Origin: Bugula neritina
Taxonomy: Eukaryota; Animalia; Bryozoa
Reading direction: 5' to 3'
DNA length: 64,000 nt
Assembly (NCBI GenBank): GCA_964035545.1
Contig: OZ037770.1
Coordinates: 496,001 to 560,000 of the forward strand
Positions 28,223 through 50,120 of the stretch are shown here, in pieces. The notes below the pieces were generated by a model. That model worked only from the letters and a program-made list of their open reading frames with translations, did not search any database and was not told the origin of the DNA. How positions within the stretch are numbered: position 1 is the first letter of the stretch; each line of letters opens with the position of its first letter. The translations under genes were made by a program, and so were the position numbers.

Positions 28223-30178
28223 CCTAATATATTTACTCCTTTATATTTTTTTTAGTTGTTATACTCTACTTACTTCTACACTTTTAAATCGCCACGCCTT
28301 TCTCAATACAAATCTTTCAGTAGGTTTTTGCACTTTTGGAGTCACTGGATTAGAGAGAGTAAACTGAGTTATTAGACCAAGTGCATAATGGTCGCCCCCT
28401 AGTGCTTCAAAATTGACGCTCCCTTTCAAAGCAAATTCTGGTATCCGGAAAAAAGTCAAGTCAACCTGAACATATCTAAAACAGAGTTAAGATTTTCGAG
28501 TAAGAAATAACTTGAAACAATTATTAAAAATGAATGTAGAAAGTGTTTACTTTACAAAATTATCCATGCACAATCAGAAACCCTAATGCACTTCAATGTG
28601 CCTATAATAAGCTGTAAATTAGAGTATATATATTCACATTTTACATACTATTGTATGCTCCATACTCACTACCCATCTAAAGGTCATCAACAGTCATCAA
28701 GCTGTACATGTTGTACCTTACAACTATATGCCATTAGATAAATTACCCTAATGATATCAGCCTGATGATCGATATGAATTACATAATAGTGTATAAATGT
28801 TTACATTCATGCTCAGACAATGATACAAAAATCAAATATTGCAACTCTCAGCTTTGTATAAACCTGCATAGTATTTGCCCACTTTATGTTATTTTAGTCC
28901 ATACAATGATATGTTAAATTGCTTCATAATTTTACCATCATTGCAAAAACTGTGTCTACAGCTTCAAAAAAATTTTGCTGAATCCACATGTCAAATATCC
29001 TAAAGTACTGCCGCTTTTACTAGTTCAGAATCCAGATCAACTTCGAGCTGGTAGATGAGAGAACAAACTTTCACTGTTACACAGTTTTTGGCAAAACTAA
29101 TGATATTATTATCAAGTTTAAAAATAGCTTACTCACGGTGATTATGAAATAAATTGCTTTGACGAATTCTGAAATAAATTTTTTAACTTTTGGTTATATG
29201 CGTGAAAGAAACATTGCATTATACTCACGGAAGAACTCCATACGTAAATGCTACTTGAGTTACCCATATCAAAGTGATGATATTCAAATTGATCATAGCA
29301 CTACATGTATAGGTTCTTTTGCAAGTAGAAATATTCGCTATATCATGATTTATTCTGAGAACTCAATAAGTATTTGCATATTTTCATCAAAGTTATTTTA
29401 AGAATCTTGTATTTTTGTTTTTGACTACAATCAAAATAATTGTATTCAAAACTAGATTGGTTTTTGTAATTAAACATTAATGGGCAAAACAACCTTTATA
29501 TATATTATGTATATCTCTGTGACCATTTGCATGCTAAATTCTTATAAATTGAATTTTTATAGAATTATATTGATGGATGTTTGTCCTGAATATACAACCT
29601 ATTTTGGCAAAAAGTAGTTTTCTTGATTAGTGGGTTGGGAAAGACAAAGATGTTGAAGTAAAAAAAAAAACTGCAATGAAAATAAATTAACAAACTGAAA
29701 CGAACAAGCTTACATTAAAAACAATAAAAAGTTCAAAAAGAGTGCAAAAATAACTCAATAAATATTTTGCAGAAAAAAATTACCAGATTATATAAGTAAC
29801 CAATTAAACTATATTTAAAAAGGAAAGAGTGCATAGAGATAGATATAAACAGGAGCAATGCAGACTACTCGGTCAGTTATCTGATGAAGTATCTTTCAAA
29901 TCACAACTTTATGATAGTTTTTGAACATGAGACTCTAACTAGGAAAAGCTAAAACCCTAAAAATGCATCTATAAAAAAAAATTATACTCATACATCTAAT
30001 TAAAAAACTCAACAAATAAATATTGTATATGATATTCTAAATAATTATTTTATAAAACAATCCAATATTTTTGTGCTCAATTATTGAATTACAAGAAAAT
30101 ACTTGAATAATATTATGATATTTAATTTAAGACTTTTTCTATTTTTTTGTTTATATTTTATGTATTATTTTGTCAAAA

Positions 30179-37676
<7,498 letters not shown>

Positions 37677-38677
37677 AATGCTATACTTTTGTTTGCTTTG
37701 CGCTAAATATATTTTTGCATAAAAATATTCATTCCTTAAGCACAACAATATTTTCATATTTTCATCTAAAAGGTATTTGCAAAAAATGCAAGTGTCTTTT
37801 ATCTATAATTAACATTTTAAACTTTAACATTTGAGTTACAGGTACATGTTTGCTTTAGTGCCCGTGTTTACTTATTGAGCCACCAAATTAAACTATAAAT
37901 GCATTTTTTTTATAAAAAGCTGGTGGGTGGGCTTTTCTATAAATAGAGCTTGTGCCAAACTATGGGGCAATATAGGTGAGCTAACATCAATAGAGTCTGT
38001 TCAATAAAGGCTAATAATTTAATCTAATATTGTGAATAGAATTTTGAAAATTCCCAATAGTTTTCACGATGAAAGTGTGCACAGCTAAAGATAAAAACTG
38101 TGGTGGGTTAAAACCATGTTATGTGAAATATTTAGTTAATGAAATAATTATGTTGGCTTCTAAAAAAATGATAGGCCTGTCTCTAGTTTTCATTTATTAC
38201 GAATATTTTATTACCTTCGTTTGCAGTTAATTGTTATTCAGGTTTTTAGTTGAAGCAATAAAATTTTTAATGGTCAGTAGATTTTAGAAGCAGGCAAATA
38301 AAGAAGCAAATATTAAGCGGAGGAACATAAACTCAAGCTGCAAATAAACTATAATATAAAAGAAATATAAAGAGTACAATAGAAGACTATGTTTTATTTA
38401 CAAATATTTCTACAAACAAAATAAATAAAAAGTTTAATTGAACATTCCTTAGTTGAAAATAAAAGTCAAAATATCCTTTATATAGACTAATATTTTAAGT
38501 ATCTGATCAACCAGTAGCAATAAAACACAGGCAAATAAAAATATCTAAATATAAAATTATTCAACACTCAAGGTTGACTGTTTCTAGTTACCACTGAAGA
38601 ATTTAATTTAAAACAATAAACCATTATTACTTTGTAAAAAATAGCATTTATAATTTTGACACTTAGTAAAAAATACA

Positions 38678-41600
38678 TCAATACCATTGAATAGTTTGTC
38701 CATTTGACAATTTACTTAATTGTTTTTTTACAGGCATTGCCTTAAGCTCAATTCTTTTACGTATTCTATGTGATCTCATTATTTCAAAATGCAGCCTTTG
38801 GTTCCATTCTTTAGATCTTTTGCTAGAGAAAAAAAATTGACTGTAGAAAATTGAAGGAGGTAAGAAAAAACTAACAATAAATCATAAGGAATGTCTAATC
38901 ATGGCGAAAACTTCTTTCAATTATTTAACATATTTTTGTTGTAGAACAAGCACACTTACTGAAGGTAGAGGCAGGTGGCAAGCCAAAGCATTCCTGTAGT
39001 GATGCATGTTCCAACAAATGTATCAAAACGGAAATCTACAATTTCAAAAAGTCTTTCACTTTATTTTAGCAAAATTTGTCATAAAAAAACTAAAGTTTTC
39101 TAAATATTAATTGTTTTGAAATTTAAAACATAATATTATATTCATACCTGCTATATAAATTTACCCTAATAGCACAATAACTTTGATATCTTGCCAAACT
39201 TTTGACCCTTAACTCAACAGTTTAAAACTTTGAAAAACACTTCAATGTTTCAAGTATATGTTAGATTTATTAGTTATGACTCTAATTTTTTGTTTACTAC
39301 TTGGTGGTACATATTCTCACCTCTAGAGTCAATTACTAGCAGCACAGGCTTGCTTCTTAGACTAGAAAGACCGTTATGGACTGAAGTCATTGTTACTAAA
39401 AAGTCACCGACTGGAATATTCTTTATTTGAGTAGTAAACTCAGTGTCTGTTAGGTTTTTGGAGCTGGCGATATTGTATTCAGCACAGAGAAGTGGTTGAT
39501 TCTGTTGACATATCTTTATTTCAAACACTTCTGATGTCTAAAAAATAAAAAAAATTTCAAATTGTTTGAGGTTTTACCACAGTTTTTTAAATTATCAAAC
39601 CTAAGTTCAAATGTCTTTTAGAGTTTTATAACAATTTATCATCTCAATAAACTCAGATCATATGTTTTTTACTCAACAGAAAATAATAATTTATTTACAC
39701 TTTAAAGCTGCTAAAACCTTACATTGATTAGCTGAATATTCCAATACATCTCTATATTCTGAGGGTCTGGTCTTATTATTCTAACTTCTGTTGGCGTGTT
39801 TGGTGCTGTCAAAATTACACAAAGTTTTTAGCAAAGACCTCAAAATGATATGATTTGCATAAATAAATGCTTGATCATTATTTTATGATGTGAACATACG
39901 AGTTCTGAAGAATGTTGAGACTGGTTCAGATTCCTTTACTTCACCATTCTGTTCTGAGACTAACACTACAGTGATCTTGAAACTTCTACCATTTGGCAGC
40001 TGGCCAATGTCCTTAATAACTCTGGTGTAGGTAGAAGAGTCAGAAAAAGTTTCTGAAACAAAGAAAGTTGATACACATGAGCTGTGCTATAAGACATGAG
40101 TGGTACTATAAGACATGAGTGGTACTATAAGACATGCGCGGTACTATAAGAATTGAGTGGTACTATAAGACATGAGCGGTACTGTAAGACATGACTGGTA
40201 CTATAAGACATGGGCAGTACTAAAAGACATGAGTGGTACTATAAGACATAAGTGGTACTATATATAAGCCATGAGTAGTACTATAAGACATGAGTGGTAC
40301 TATAAGACATAAGTGGTACTATAAGACACGTAAATAAGGACATATTATAATGAAAAAGGTAGCACAAAAGTAAGTTGGCACGTTGAAATTGTCAAATGAA
40401 ATATTCAAGTTATCTCATTTCAACCGGTAAATTATTTGGATACTGTATTAGCTGTAATATGTTTTAGACGGCATTGATGTCAGTTTCTGGATTTTTGGCA
40501 GTTCTGTATAAATAGTATATCCCAGTACTAATAGCATATTTACAATATTATCAATAGTAAAAGCAACCTATTTTCTGAAAATTGCTTTTCGATTTTTGAA
40601 AAAAAAATGTTTAGGTTATATACCTTAGTGAAAACATAATGTATTTTCTATATTTACATAAACTTATATTATATTAACTTATTATTGCAGTTCCTGGTTT
40701 TAAATTTGAGTGCTTGTTAGTTAATCTTCACTAATTATGCTTTTATTAATTCACAAATGCAAAATTTGCTAGCTAAAAATCTAAATGTTATAACGAGTCA
40801 TTCTGAAGCCTGATCCTATATCTATTTAATTTTCTTCATTTTGGGATAACAAGTAGCGTGAGTAAACTTTTATTTCAGGAACAGCACCTAGAACAGTTTT
40901 TCTCAAATCAGCATTTATATTGAGAAAGTTATTACCAAACAAATGACATACACTTTACCGTTTACAGAGTAGCTAAGTTCTGCAGTGTCTCCATCATCAG
41001 TATCTGTGATGTTTACTAATACTTGTGAGAAGAGAGTGTTTCTTGGCTTCTTGAACCACAAAACATAACTCCCGGTTTCATTCACGACATTATTCTCAAA
41101 GAAAACAAGGTTTACAGGTGGCACAGGAGCTGAAAACAATTGGTAATTAGAAAAACAAAATTATTTAGTAAAGCTAGAAGTTACAGACTGCTTTTACAAG
41201 TACATTCGACAGAAATGAAAAACTATTTTTCTTACGTGGGAATATTGAAGCTGTCTTGGATTTGGTTTTCACTGTTTCGGAATTTAAATTTTTGCTAGAC
41301 AACCAGATGGTAAATGCGCAGTGTTTCCCTAAAGGTATTTCGTCTATCCACTCTTTAATTTTTGGTGCATTCCATGCATATTTCTACCTCACACATAGAA
41401 GATTTATAAGCTACAGTTATGTCTGATTAAAGTTTCATCATATACAATACATTCTAATGAAAGGTTTTTAAACAAACTTTTACTATGATGGCCATGAGTA
41501 TTAAAACAGTCTTTAATGAAGCAGCCGAACAAGCATAATCATAAATGACGTAATTCCTGGCATAACCATCAGCCTGAACTTGAACTTGTGACCTATGACC

Positions 41601-43042
41601 TATGAGTCATGACCCTTATCTATGACCTGTGACCTATGACCTGTAACCTTTAATTTTTACAATACTAGAACCTAAGCTGTATCACACCAGGTTTGCGCTC
41701 TAAATTCTAAAACATACTTATAGGTTAGTGAAATGACATGTTTTAAAAATGCTAGAAAACTTCATATTATGATTATAGGAAAGAAATTGTCTATGTCAGT
41801 AGTAAGAGAAAATTCTTAAGTCAGTAAATGCATTCTCTACTCACCATGTAGAAGTAGCGACCTCCGCACAGAACTGAGGAGATTATAGTCAGCATATCAT
41901 AGAATGTTTCTCCGAGCGTCCAAGTCAGCAATATTCTAACTTGGTTGTGTGAAGACCGACTTTTTGCTGATACAGAAAACGTGTCAACTGGAATAGGTGC
42001 TGAAAACATATTCAATAATTGCTTGACAAACAATATTTTATCACAAGAAAAATAAACGGTGTTGAAGAAAATATTTTTTCACTCAGAATTGAGATATTTT
42101 TAGCAAAACAATCTTAACTGTACTCACTTTCAGGAAGTAAAAAAAATACACTCCAGTTTTAACATTTCTTTAATAATATATTTTGTTATAAAACTTCAAA
42201 AGTTATTATTTAGTGAATAGAAAAACCTTGACATCGGGGTTTGCAGTCTGATTGCCTCATGAGAAGCAATAATACTTACCAATGGCTAACTGAAAGTACT
42301 TTTGTAGGTGTAGATTAGCATGATTTACCCGAAAAATGACAGAATAGATGTTACCATATTGCACAGGAAAAAAATGCTTAGTGCTCGTTTCCGGTATCTA
42401 CAATTTATAAACCCGTATATATGTAGAGGCAGAGTGAAACTGTGTTGCTATAATTCAGCACATGTATGTAAAAGACTTATGAAAACTTTTTACAAATGAA
42501 TATTTCTCATAAATGATGTATAGCCATAACACTGTAGCCATTATAACTTAATCATGAGTAACCAAAACTCTCTATCTGTCATAGTGTCCTGTGAAGAAAA
42601 TTAGTATCACAATTCAAACTTTAATTCTGTTATTGTTACTAGTGACTCTTGTCAGGTAGAACAACTTTAAGTTTTATTTTATCATAACGTCATAATGCCT
42701 AAGGACAAATATATATCCCAAGTAAAACAAACAACAGTTATTAGGAATTATCAATTTGAAAAAAAACAGACAACTATGTGAAGAGATAAATAGTTTAAAA
42801 ATTGAAGTACGCCAAAAGTTTTCTCACCGCTATCCCCCGCCTTATTGTACCTCCGCGCATTCCCGTGATTTTCAGATCTATAGATGAATACTCAGTACTT
42901 CGCCTCCAGGAGATGGCAATGATGTTCTCCTCAGAATTGACTAATATTCTTGGAGGGAAGTCGGGCCCTGTAAGAGACCATCAGTATATGAAAACTACTA
43001 CTATTACTATAGTACTACTACTACGACTACTAGTACTACTAG

Positions 43043-43117
<75 letters not shown>

Positions 43118-45999
43118 CACTGCAACTGCTACTGCTACTGCTACTGCTACTGCTACTGCTGCTGTTACTGCTACTCATGATGAGATAGATGCTAGCCTAT
43201 AAAAGTAAAGGTATTATTTACCAGTAGTCAGGGTTATTGTGTCTGAGATAGCATACAGTTCACCTCCTGGATCTCCACGACATCTGCTATACATTTTGAA
43301 CGAAACCTTACTAACACTAGGTAAACGAAGTTTGTTCTTTCTGTCCCAGCTGTGTTTTCCAGAGTAAGCTACCAATATTACATATTATTATTATTATTAT
43401 TATGAGCTGATAATCAATCAGAGTTACAGGTAAATTAATTGTCAAAGTTTTTGGCAAGAAACTAGATATAATCTGCACTGTTTCGTCTCAACATCTCAAC
43501 ACACTTTGCCACAGCAGAAGCCGCAATGTAAATTATTAGTCAGTTTAACAAATGTCTAAACTTCTTTCATGGCTTTTCGGTGCGTTAAGACCCAGCACTG
43601 TTTGATTCAAACAAGTTGCAGCAGGCTTCTATTGGACAAAAAGACGTTCGCGTCAATTCATTGGATTTAAATCTCCAATGAAGTGTCATGGGTTTTCACT
43701 TTGAGAACTTTGGCCTAGACGCATTAAAAACTGCCGACATTTAATGTCATGGCTTATGGCGTGGCAAAGTGTGTCCAGGGAGTTGCATTCATTTGATGCT
43801 AAAAAAAATAGGAAGTCCCTAAAGCACAAAATATAAGCTTTTTGCACCAACTGCTCAAAAAAAAACATTGCCAAGTAGCATTTAAAACTAATTACATGTC
43901 AATAGAGCTGCATTTTGTTATCACTTACTTGTTAATGTCTCTTGATGCGGAGCTCCTACTAAGCTATACTTTACTATCAGACCTACGTAGAAGGAGGGCT
44001 GCCCGGTTGGGGTCTTTCCTGGTGGCGACAGAATGTCGGCTATGAACTTGTCATTCTCTCCATTTCTGATCAGAAACCTCCTGGCTCTCATTGGTGCTAA
44101 AATTGAAATCTATACACATGACGCCAACAGTTGATTACAAACTGTAGGAATTTGCTACTCTTCATGGCATAATATATAGACAACCCATCAGTAACTTTGG
44201 TGGTAATAACTTCATAGATAAACAAGTATATAAGGTTATTGATCTGTAGCAGATCAATTAATTGCCATTAATTTTGCTTGGAGGCAGTAGAAACTCTCAT
44301 AATATCAACTGTTGAACGCATGCTGAACACATGCATACCTATATTTCTAGACTTTTCTTGATAAATCCTCAGTCTGAGACTAGGTGACTCATAGCCGTAA
44401 AATTTCAATGTATATTTGTATCCTGGTGCCAATTCAGAAAAGTCTACCTACAAGATACATCACATGTTGCATAGAATTGTCAATAATTGTCCTTCTTTTT
44501 CTAGCAGTAGCAGTTGTCTCTCTACCAGTTTTACATGCTGTTGAATTATTGCACTAGCATAGAAATGCAGGAATGTAACAATTAAGAAACCTTTCACAAG
44601 TGAAGACGGAATAATAGAGGAGTTCAGTGTGTAGTGGGAATGGCGATATAGGTGCAGGTGTGAAGAAAATTAAGACAAGCCTGTGTTTTAGATTAAAAAT
44701 GTAGCAAAAGAACTTATTTTCTCACAAAAATTTCAACCTGCGCCCAATAAAACGAAAATTTAATAATACATTCAAAGAAGTAAGGCTATCTCAGTTTCTC
44801 TCTCAATATATTTCTCTTTCTTCTCTCTGTCTTTTTGTCTGTCTGTCTGTTCGTCTGTCTGTTTGTCTGTCTGTTTGTCTGTCTGTTTGTCTGTCTGTTT
44901 GTCTGTCTGTTTGTATGTATTTCTGTCTGTCTGTATGTCTGTCTGTCTCTCCTTCTGTCTGTCTTTCTCTCTACTTTTATAAAATTACTTACTTGCAAGA
45001 AGTCATATCTATTGAATTCACTGATCAAAATGAGGTTTGTTGCAATAATATCTCCACCATAGGCTCTTACAAGACGGAATTCATATACCATCCAAACGAT
45101 AGGCACTGGTCTCGGTAACCCTAATTGTATGCTACCTCTAAGAGTGAATGTATCAGCTTGCGGCTCATTCAGTTCTAAATCCTTCTCAACATCTCTATAA
45201 ACATCAGTACAGAAAATTTTGGTACAAACCAATCTGTAAAACTTGATAGCAAAACTTATGCACATCTAAATTAACTCTTTTCTGTCTTCTATACAAAACA
45301 ACATTGTAAATTTTTATAATTTATAACTTCAGAACTTAATGGTTTCAAAACTTTAGGTAGCTTTTCAAGCTATAATTATGTTTATGCTATAAGTTTATAT
45401 TTATTTTCAAACTGTAGGTTCTGTTTTTTCCTACTTCAAACATGTATTGTATACCACTGCTTCTTGCATTTAACTAAAAAATTTACACTCCTGTCAAAAT
45501 CCATAACAAAGCCAAAAAATTATAAGGACAATGAGGTGTTGTTTGAAAAGGCTAGTATTACCACTTATGACATGAAGACAATTTTCATGATCAGCATAAA
45601 AAACCGCCCCTGGTAACTAAATTTTGGGCTGATGGAGCTAATTGAAGACACTGTTGCTAGGTAGATAAACAACGAATTTAGTAAAATTTTAAGTCGCCGA
45701 ACTTTGACTGTTAATTACTCGCAATAATAGAAGTCGTTTGTTGAGGACCGCTGTGTGTATAACCGGGCATATCTCTGGTTCTATTTGACGGATTTTAAAA
45801 ATTTAAATTGCAATGTGATCACAAAGTCCTACTCTACGCATCCACATAAAAAAGTAAAAATATTGGATGACCCCCAAGAGACCAAAAATGACAGCAGCCA
45901 TCACAAATAGTGTTTATTAAACTGAACTTACGCATACGATCGTTCACCACTAATTAGCTTTGTCCACAAAATTATGGCGATAACTTTGATAGCAAACAT
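38678..45999 (-). CDS. Copy E, complete intact 15-exon gene, 699-aa 6xFN3-like type-I membrane protein
   Basis: Exons: 45932-45999 (MFAIKVIAIILWTKLISG), 44993-45194, 44339-44447 (ELAPGYKY), 43929-44096, 43222-43368, 42828-42967, 42280-42397, 41845-41999, 41236-41383, 40959-41129, 39900-40052, 39723-39805, 39321-39537, 38960-39035 (TM FVGTCITTGMLWLATCLYL), 38678-38822. 2100 nt, no internal stops. Confidence 0.87.
40075..40327. repeat. 19-bp minisatellite (ACTATAAGACATGAGTGGT)n in intron 10 of copy E
   Basis: Direct tandem repeat, ~13 units. Confidence 0.9.
42995..43175. repeat. (CTA)n/(CTG)n trinucleotide microsatellite in intron 5 of copy E
   Basis: Directly visible; source of the poly-Leu and poly-Ser ORFs. 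Confidence 0.95.
44820..44972. repeat. (TCTG/TTTG)n microsatellite in intron 2 of copy E
   Basis: Directly visible. Confidence 0.9.
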
Positions 46000-46317
46000 A
46001 TTTATGTGTTTCTTTTTACAACAAATGAGATTTCTAGACAGCAATATTTCCCTGAACTATTAACAAGACAAAAAATACTCACAAATTTGTCAAGTTATTT
46101 GAAGAGAGTTTATTTTCTATTGTTGAACTTCATTGAAATTCCTTTAATGATAATAATTATAATATATTTATGTTAGCTTACACATTTAGACATGAATCTT
46201 GTTGAAAACAAAATATATAACAAGTGATTATGCCTTTATGTTGAGTTTATATTTATGTATAATATATATTTATATATATATACACACATATATACACACA
46301 CACACATATATATATAC

Positions 46318-46582
46318 CTCAATCTGTGGACAGCAGCTGTTTCGGGGTTTGTCCCCTCATCAGCACAGAACAAAGTACCATGGCCCACACCTTCGCAATA
46401 GTAGAAACTTATGTTTCTACTAAAGCATATTTAAAAGGTGTGTAAACTCAAGCCAGAGAGCTCAAGTGACTCTAGGGGTCACCTAGGAGTCACGAGCCTT
46501 GCAAAATGCTAGCAGCTTGAGTTTGTGACCATGGTGAGAGAGCTCAATCACTGAATGTCATTGCTGAGCATTAAGTGAGAGC

Positions 46583-46586
<4 letters not shown>
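46318..46586 (-). mobile_element. Retrozyme-like / Penelope-associated structured element inserted in (TA)n
   Basis: ~270-nt island, GC-richer than its flanks, between (TA)n tracts (46260-46317 and 46587-46660). Contains a hammerhead and several nested inverted repeats. Confidence 0.6.
46323..46369 (-). ncRNA. Type I hammerhead ribozyme
   Basis: Minus strand reads TCTGTG-CTGATGA-GGGG-ACAAA-CCCC-GAA-ACAG-CTG-CTGT-C-CACAGA: intact CUGAUGA/GAAA core, stem II GGGG/CCCC, stem III ACAG/CUGU, GUC cleavage triplet, stem I UCUGUG/CACAGA. Confidence 0.9.
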
Positions 46587-46666
<80 letters not shown>

Positions 46667-48879
46667 TTGTGTTTTAAAGTTTAAAAATTGTAAAATTATG
46701 TTGTAGTGAAATGGAACATATAATTTTGTATGCAAATTTATTTATGTTGCATAGAAATTGAGCAAAGCAGAAAAACAGGAAAAAACGAGAAATAGAGAAA
46801 GAAAAAGCAAAAAATAGAAAGAGGATATTAAATAAATAAAACACATATACATGCATACAGAAGTTAATCACCATAACTCAGGTGTGCATACCCAATCACA
46901 GTGGGGAGGTATAATGATTTCATCGAAAAATTTTTCTCATGAAATGCTCTCTTCAGATCAACACAAAAGCTCACCGATTGTAACTTATAGTTCACAAAAA
47001 AGTATTGAATGTTTCAATTTTTTACATGATGCTATATTTTTGAGTCTTTGTTTTTGTGTTTTAGTTACTATCTTTGTTCTTATTACAAATTTGCAATTTT
47101 TGACACAGAAAAATCATGCACTGCGACCGGCTTTTTCTGTTTTCAACATTCGTCTTTTGCTCCCATTTTCTAGACCTGTTGCTACAATGACATAAAAAAC
47201 ACATACAAAATTATTTAGTAATCAAGTTCGAATTATTATAAAACGCTAACGTATAAGAAATATCAATCTTGGTCTAACAACACGTGTGTTTTTGAATATT
47301 CGCAAGTGTTTAATCATCAACATATTTTAAGCATGACTAAATATTTTAGTTATGCCAGCTTTAACTTGTTCAATAATTTGATAGTCTTACCTGATATACA
47401 TAAAATCAAAAAAATTAAAGAAAAGGTATTGGAAGTTCAAGTTTTAAAATTTCAAATGTGAAATCACAAAGAATAGTGATCAGTTTTTGCAAGTCAAAAT
47501 TTTAAAAAGTTATTATTATTTCAGTCAAATCATTTTTATCTAATAATGTCACTCACATACCCACTATTAATCATGTACTTACCAAAGGAATATACAGGTG
47601 GTAATCCATAATACCCCTGAGCTCACACAGAGTACCACAAAAGAGGCGAAACTGATGTCTAAAAGTTTCAAAAGATATATGTATTGAAAAGTTATATATT
47701 CATTGCTTGTCCATAAAATGCCACATATGTTTAAATAATTAAAATATATGTATAGATTTATACCTCTAGCGTCGAATTCTAGTATAACAGGCTCACTTTC
47801 AAAACTAGCAAAACCATTGTTTGTCGAGGTCACTGTTATAGTAAAGTTTTTCACAGGAAGATGCTCTATTTGAGTTTTAAACTCAGTTTCATTTATGGTC
47901 TTTGAGTTGTTGATATTGACGTTGTATATTTCACACAGTAGTGGTTGATCTTTTTGACATAAGTTGATCATAAAAGTTGTTGAACTCTGAAACAAAACAT
48001 CATGTATGCAGCCTGCTGGATTAGATCTAAATTGTAGATGCTGATGATACTTGTAGAGCGACAAATTAGCAATCTTATAGTAACTTTTAAATTTTGTGAC
48101 TTCATCACAATTTTCATAAATTTCTAGCACCTTAGCATATTTTTTTTTAATATAAAGAAAATATTATTAAAATAAAGACGTCATATATACAGATATCTAA
48201 ATACGCATGTATAATGTACACATATATTCACAAACTTACATATTTTTTTAGTACAAAAGAACAAACACCAATTATATCAACAGAAGCATCACAAATATAA
48301 TAGTCATTGTCATCTGAAAAAAGTAAAAAAAAATTGTTTGTTTGAATTAAAAACGGCATATAGAATTTATTGCTAAAACAATAGAAAAAATGTTATTTAC
48401 ATTAAAAAAATTTTATAACTTATTGTATCATTGTTAAGCTGATAACTATATTAAAGATCACATTTTTATATTACAGTAATAGTTTATAATATATGAGCTA
48501 TGGTAGACTTACACGTGTGAACTGGCCGTTCCAAGATATCTCTATCTTACGAGGTTCCAGATGCACTATTTTAACATCTGTTGGGATATTTGGTGCTGGA
48601 AAACCACAAACAAAATTTCAGCTTTTGAGAGTTTCAGAACCACAAACTAGAATTGCCATTAATTTTTTAATATATACTTTGAAGTAAAATTGTTTACATA
48701 AAGCTGGTGAACGTACGAGTTCTGAAAAATGTTGAGACTGGTTCAGATTCTTTTCTTTTACCATTCTGTTCTGATACTAAAACGACGGTAATCTTGAAAG
48801 TTCCACCATTTGGCAGAGGATCAAGGTCTTCAATAGTTTGCTTGTATATGGAAGAGCTTGACAAGGTTTCTAGGAGATT

Positions 48880-49095
48880 GGCATATGACAAGTGGCACTA
48901 GCTATACATGTCATCTGTCATACCTCTATATGTACCATGCATATGACATCTGTCAAATGCCACTTGTTATGTATAACAGCTGACATGTATCACAGCTGAC
49001 ATGAATCACAGGTGACTTATCACAGGTGACATATGACATGTCAAATGCATGATAGATGACATGTATAACAGCTAGGTGACATATTATAACATGCG
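48880..49095. repeat. Degenerate TGACATG/CAGGTG-rich tandem repeat in intron 10 of copy F
   Basis: Recurrent ACAGCTGACATG and ACAGGTGAC motifs. Confidence 0.6.
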
Positions 49096-49964
49096 ATATT
49101 TATCAAGAGACAAGATAAATATCATAAACCCGAGAACAATCAATTTTCAATTTACTGGTTTATGAGAATAAACAGAAAGTTAATTTAACGACTGTTGTTA
49201 AAATGTTTGAAATTAATAATACCCAATAACATATATTGAATAAATTAGGTCACATATTGGATATAGGTTATATGAAATAGCAAAATTGTTACCATTGTGC
49301 TGGTAAGTAAACTTTGTAATGTTTCCATTATCAGTGTCTGTGATGGAAACTAGCACTTGTGAAAAGAGACAGGTCTTTGGTTTATTGAACCACAAATAGT
49401 AACTCCCAGTTCCATTGATAGCTTCCATCTCAAAGAAAGTAATACTTGCAGGTGGTATTGGAGCTAAAATATATAGGCTTATACAGAAATATAGAGCTAT
49501 CTTTCAAACATGTTCTCAGCGTTACACTCAGCTAGCTTTTATACCCCGTATTGGATAAAGTTTATTAGATTTGCAGCATATCAACAAAAAGCTGTCGAAT
49601 TTTAGCAAACATATTTTTATAATTTTGTTTGCAGTGATAATATGCTAATGTAAATGTAAATTTATAAACTAAAGTTTCTCAAAGAAACATTTCACACTGA
49701 TCAAACAAAACATGTCTGACCCGGATACACTGAAGCTGTCAATCTTCCAGTATTCACTTGTTTATTATCAACATCTATATGTCTCAACCAGATGGTAAAT
49801 ACACAGCTTTGTCCAAAGAGTATTCCATCTATCCATTTCATGGAACTTGGAGCATTCCACACATATTCCTGCCCAAAAAACAAAAAGTTTATAGTTGGAA
49901 CATGCTTTAAAATAAGAATCAATTACTACCAATAATCTCACATTACAAAAATTGTGTGTCATTA

Positions 49965-50120
49965 CATAGTGTATAATGGTTAGCACAATTGCTTGCTAGC
50001 CGGAGGTCTCAGGCTTGATCCCCAGTAGGGGCAAATCTATTTTTCATTGTGGTTTTATAAAATTCTGCCCCAACAAATTCGAACCCGAGCTTTCTTGCTT
50101 GCATTAGACCAGAAGGTCCC
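49965..50120. mobile_element. Two facing degenerate tRNA-derived SINE heads
   Basis: Plus-strand copy ~49965-50035 and minus-strand copy ~50063-50120, both similar to the 193-265 element. Confidence 0.45.

Larger units (their letters stand above)
21583..29296 (-). pseudogene. Copy C, 15 exons, single premature TGA in exon 6 (closest paralog of B)
   Basis: Exons: 29229-29296, 28274-28475, 27859-27967, 27200-27364, 26134-26277, 25364-25503 (TGA at 25442-25444 where B has TGG), 24976-25093, 23893-24047, 23577-23724, 23289-23465, 22983-23135, 22747-22829, 22415-22631, 22143-22218 (TM), 21583-21703. Total 2076 nt. Confidence 0.82.

Noticed and set aside
43440-43800. Degenerate inverted repeat (ACACTTTGCCAC / GTGGCAAAGTGT) as a MITE
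   Set aside because: Termini and TSD could not be defined; probably an old DNA-transposon remnant.
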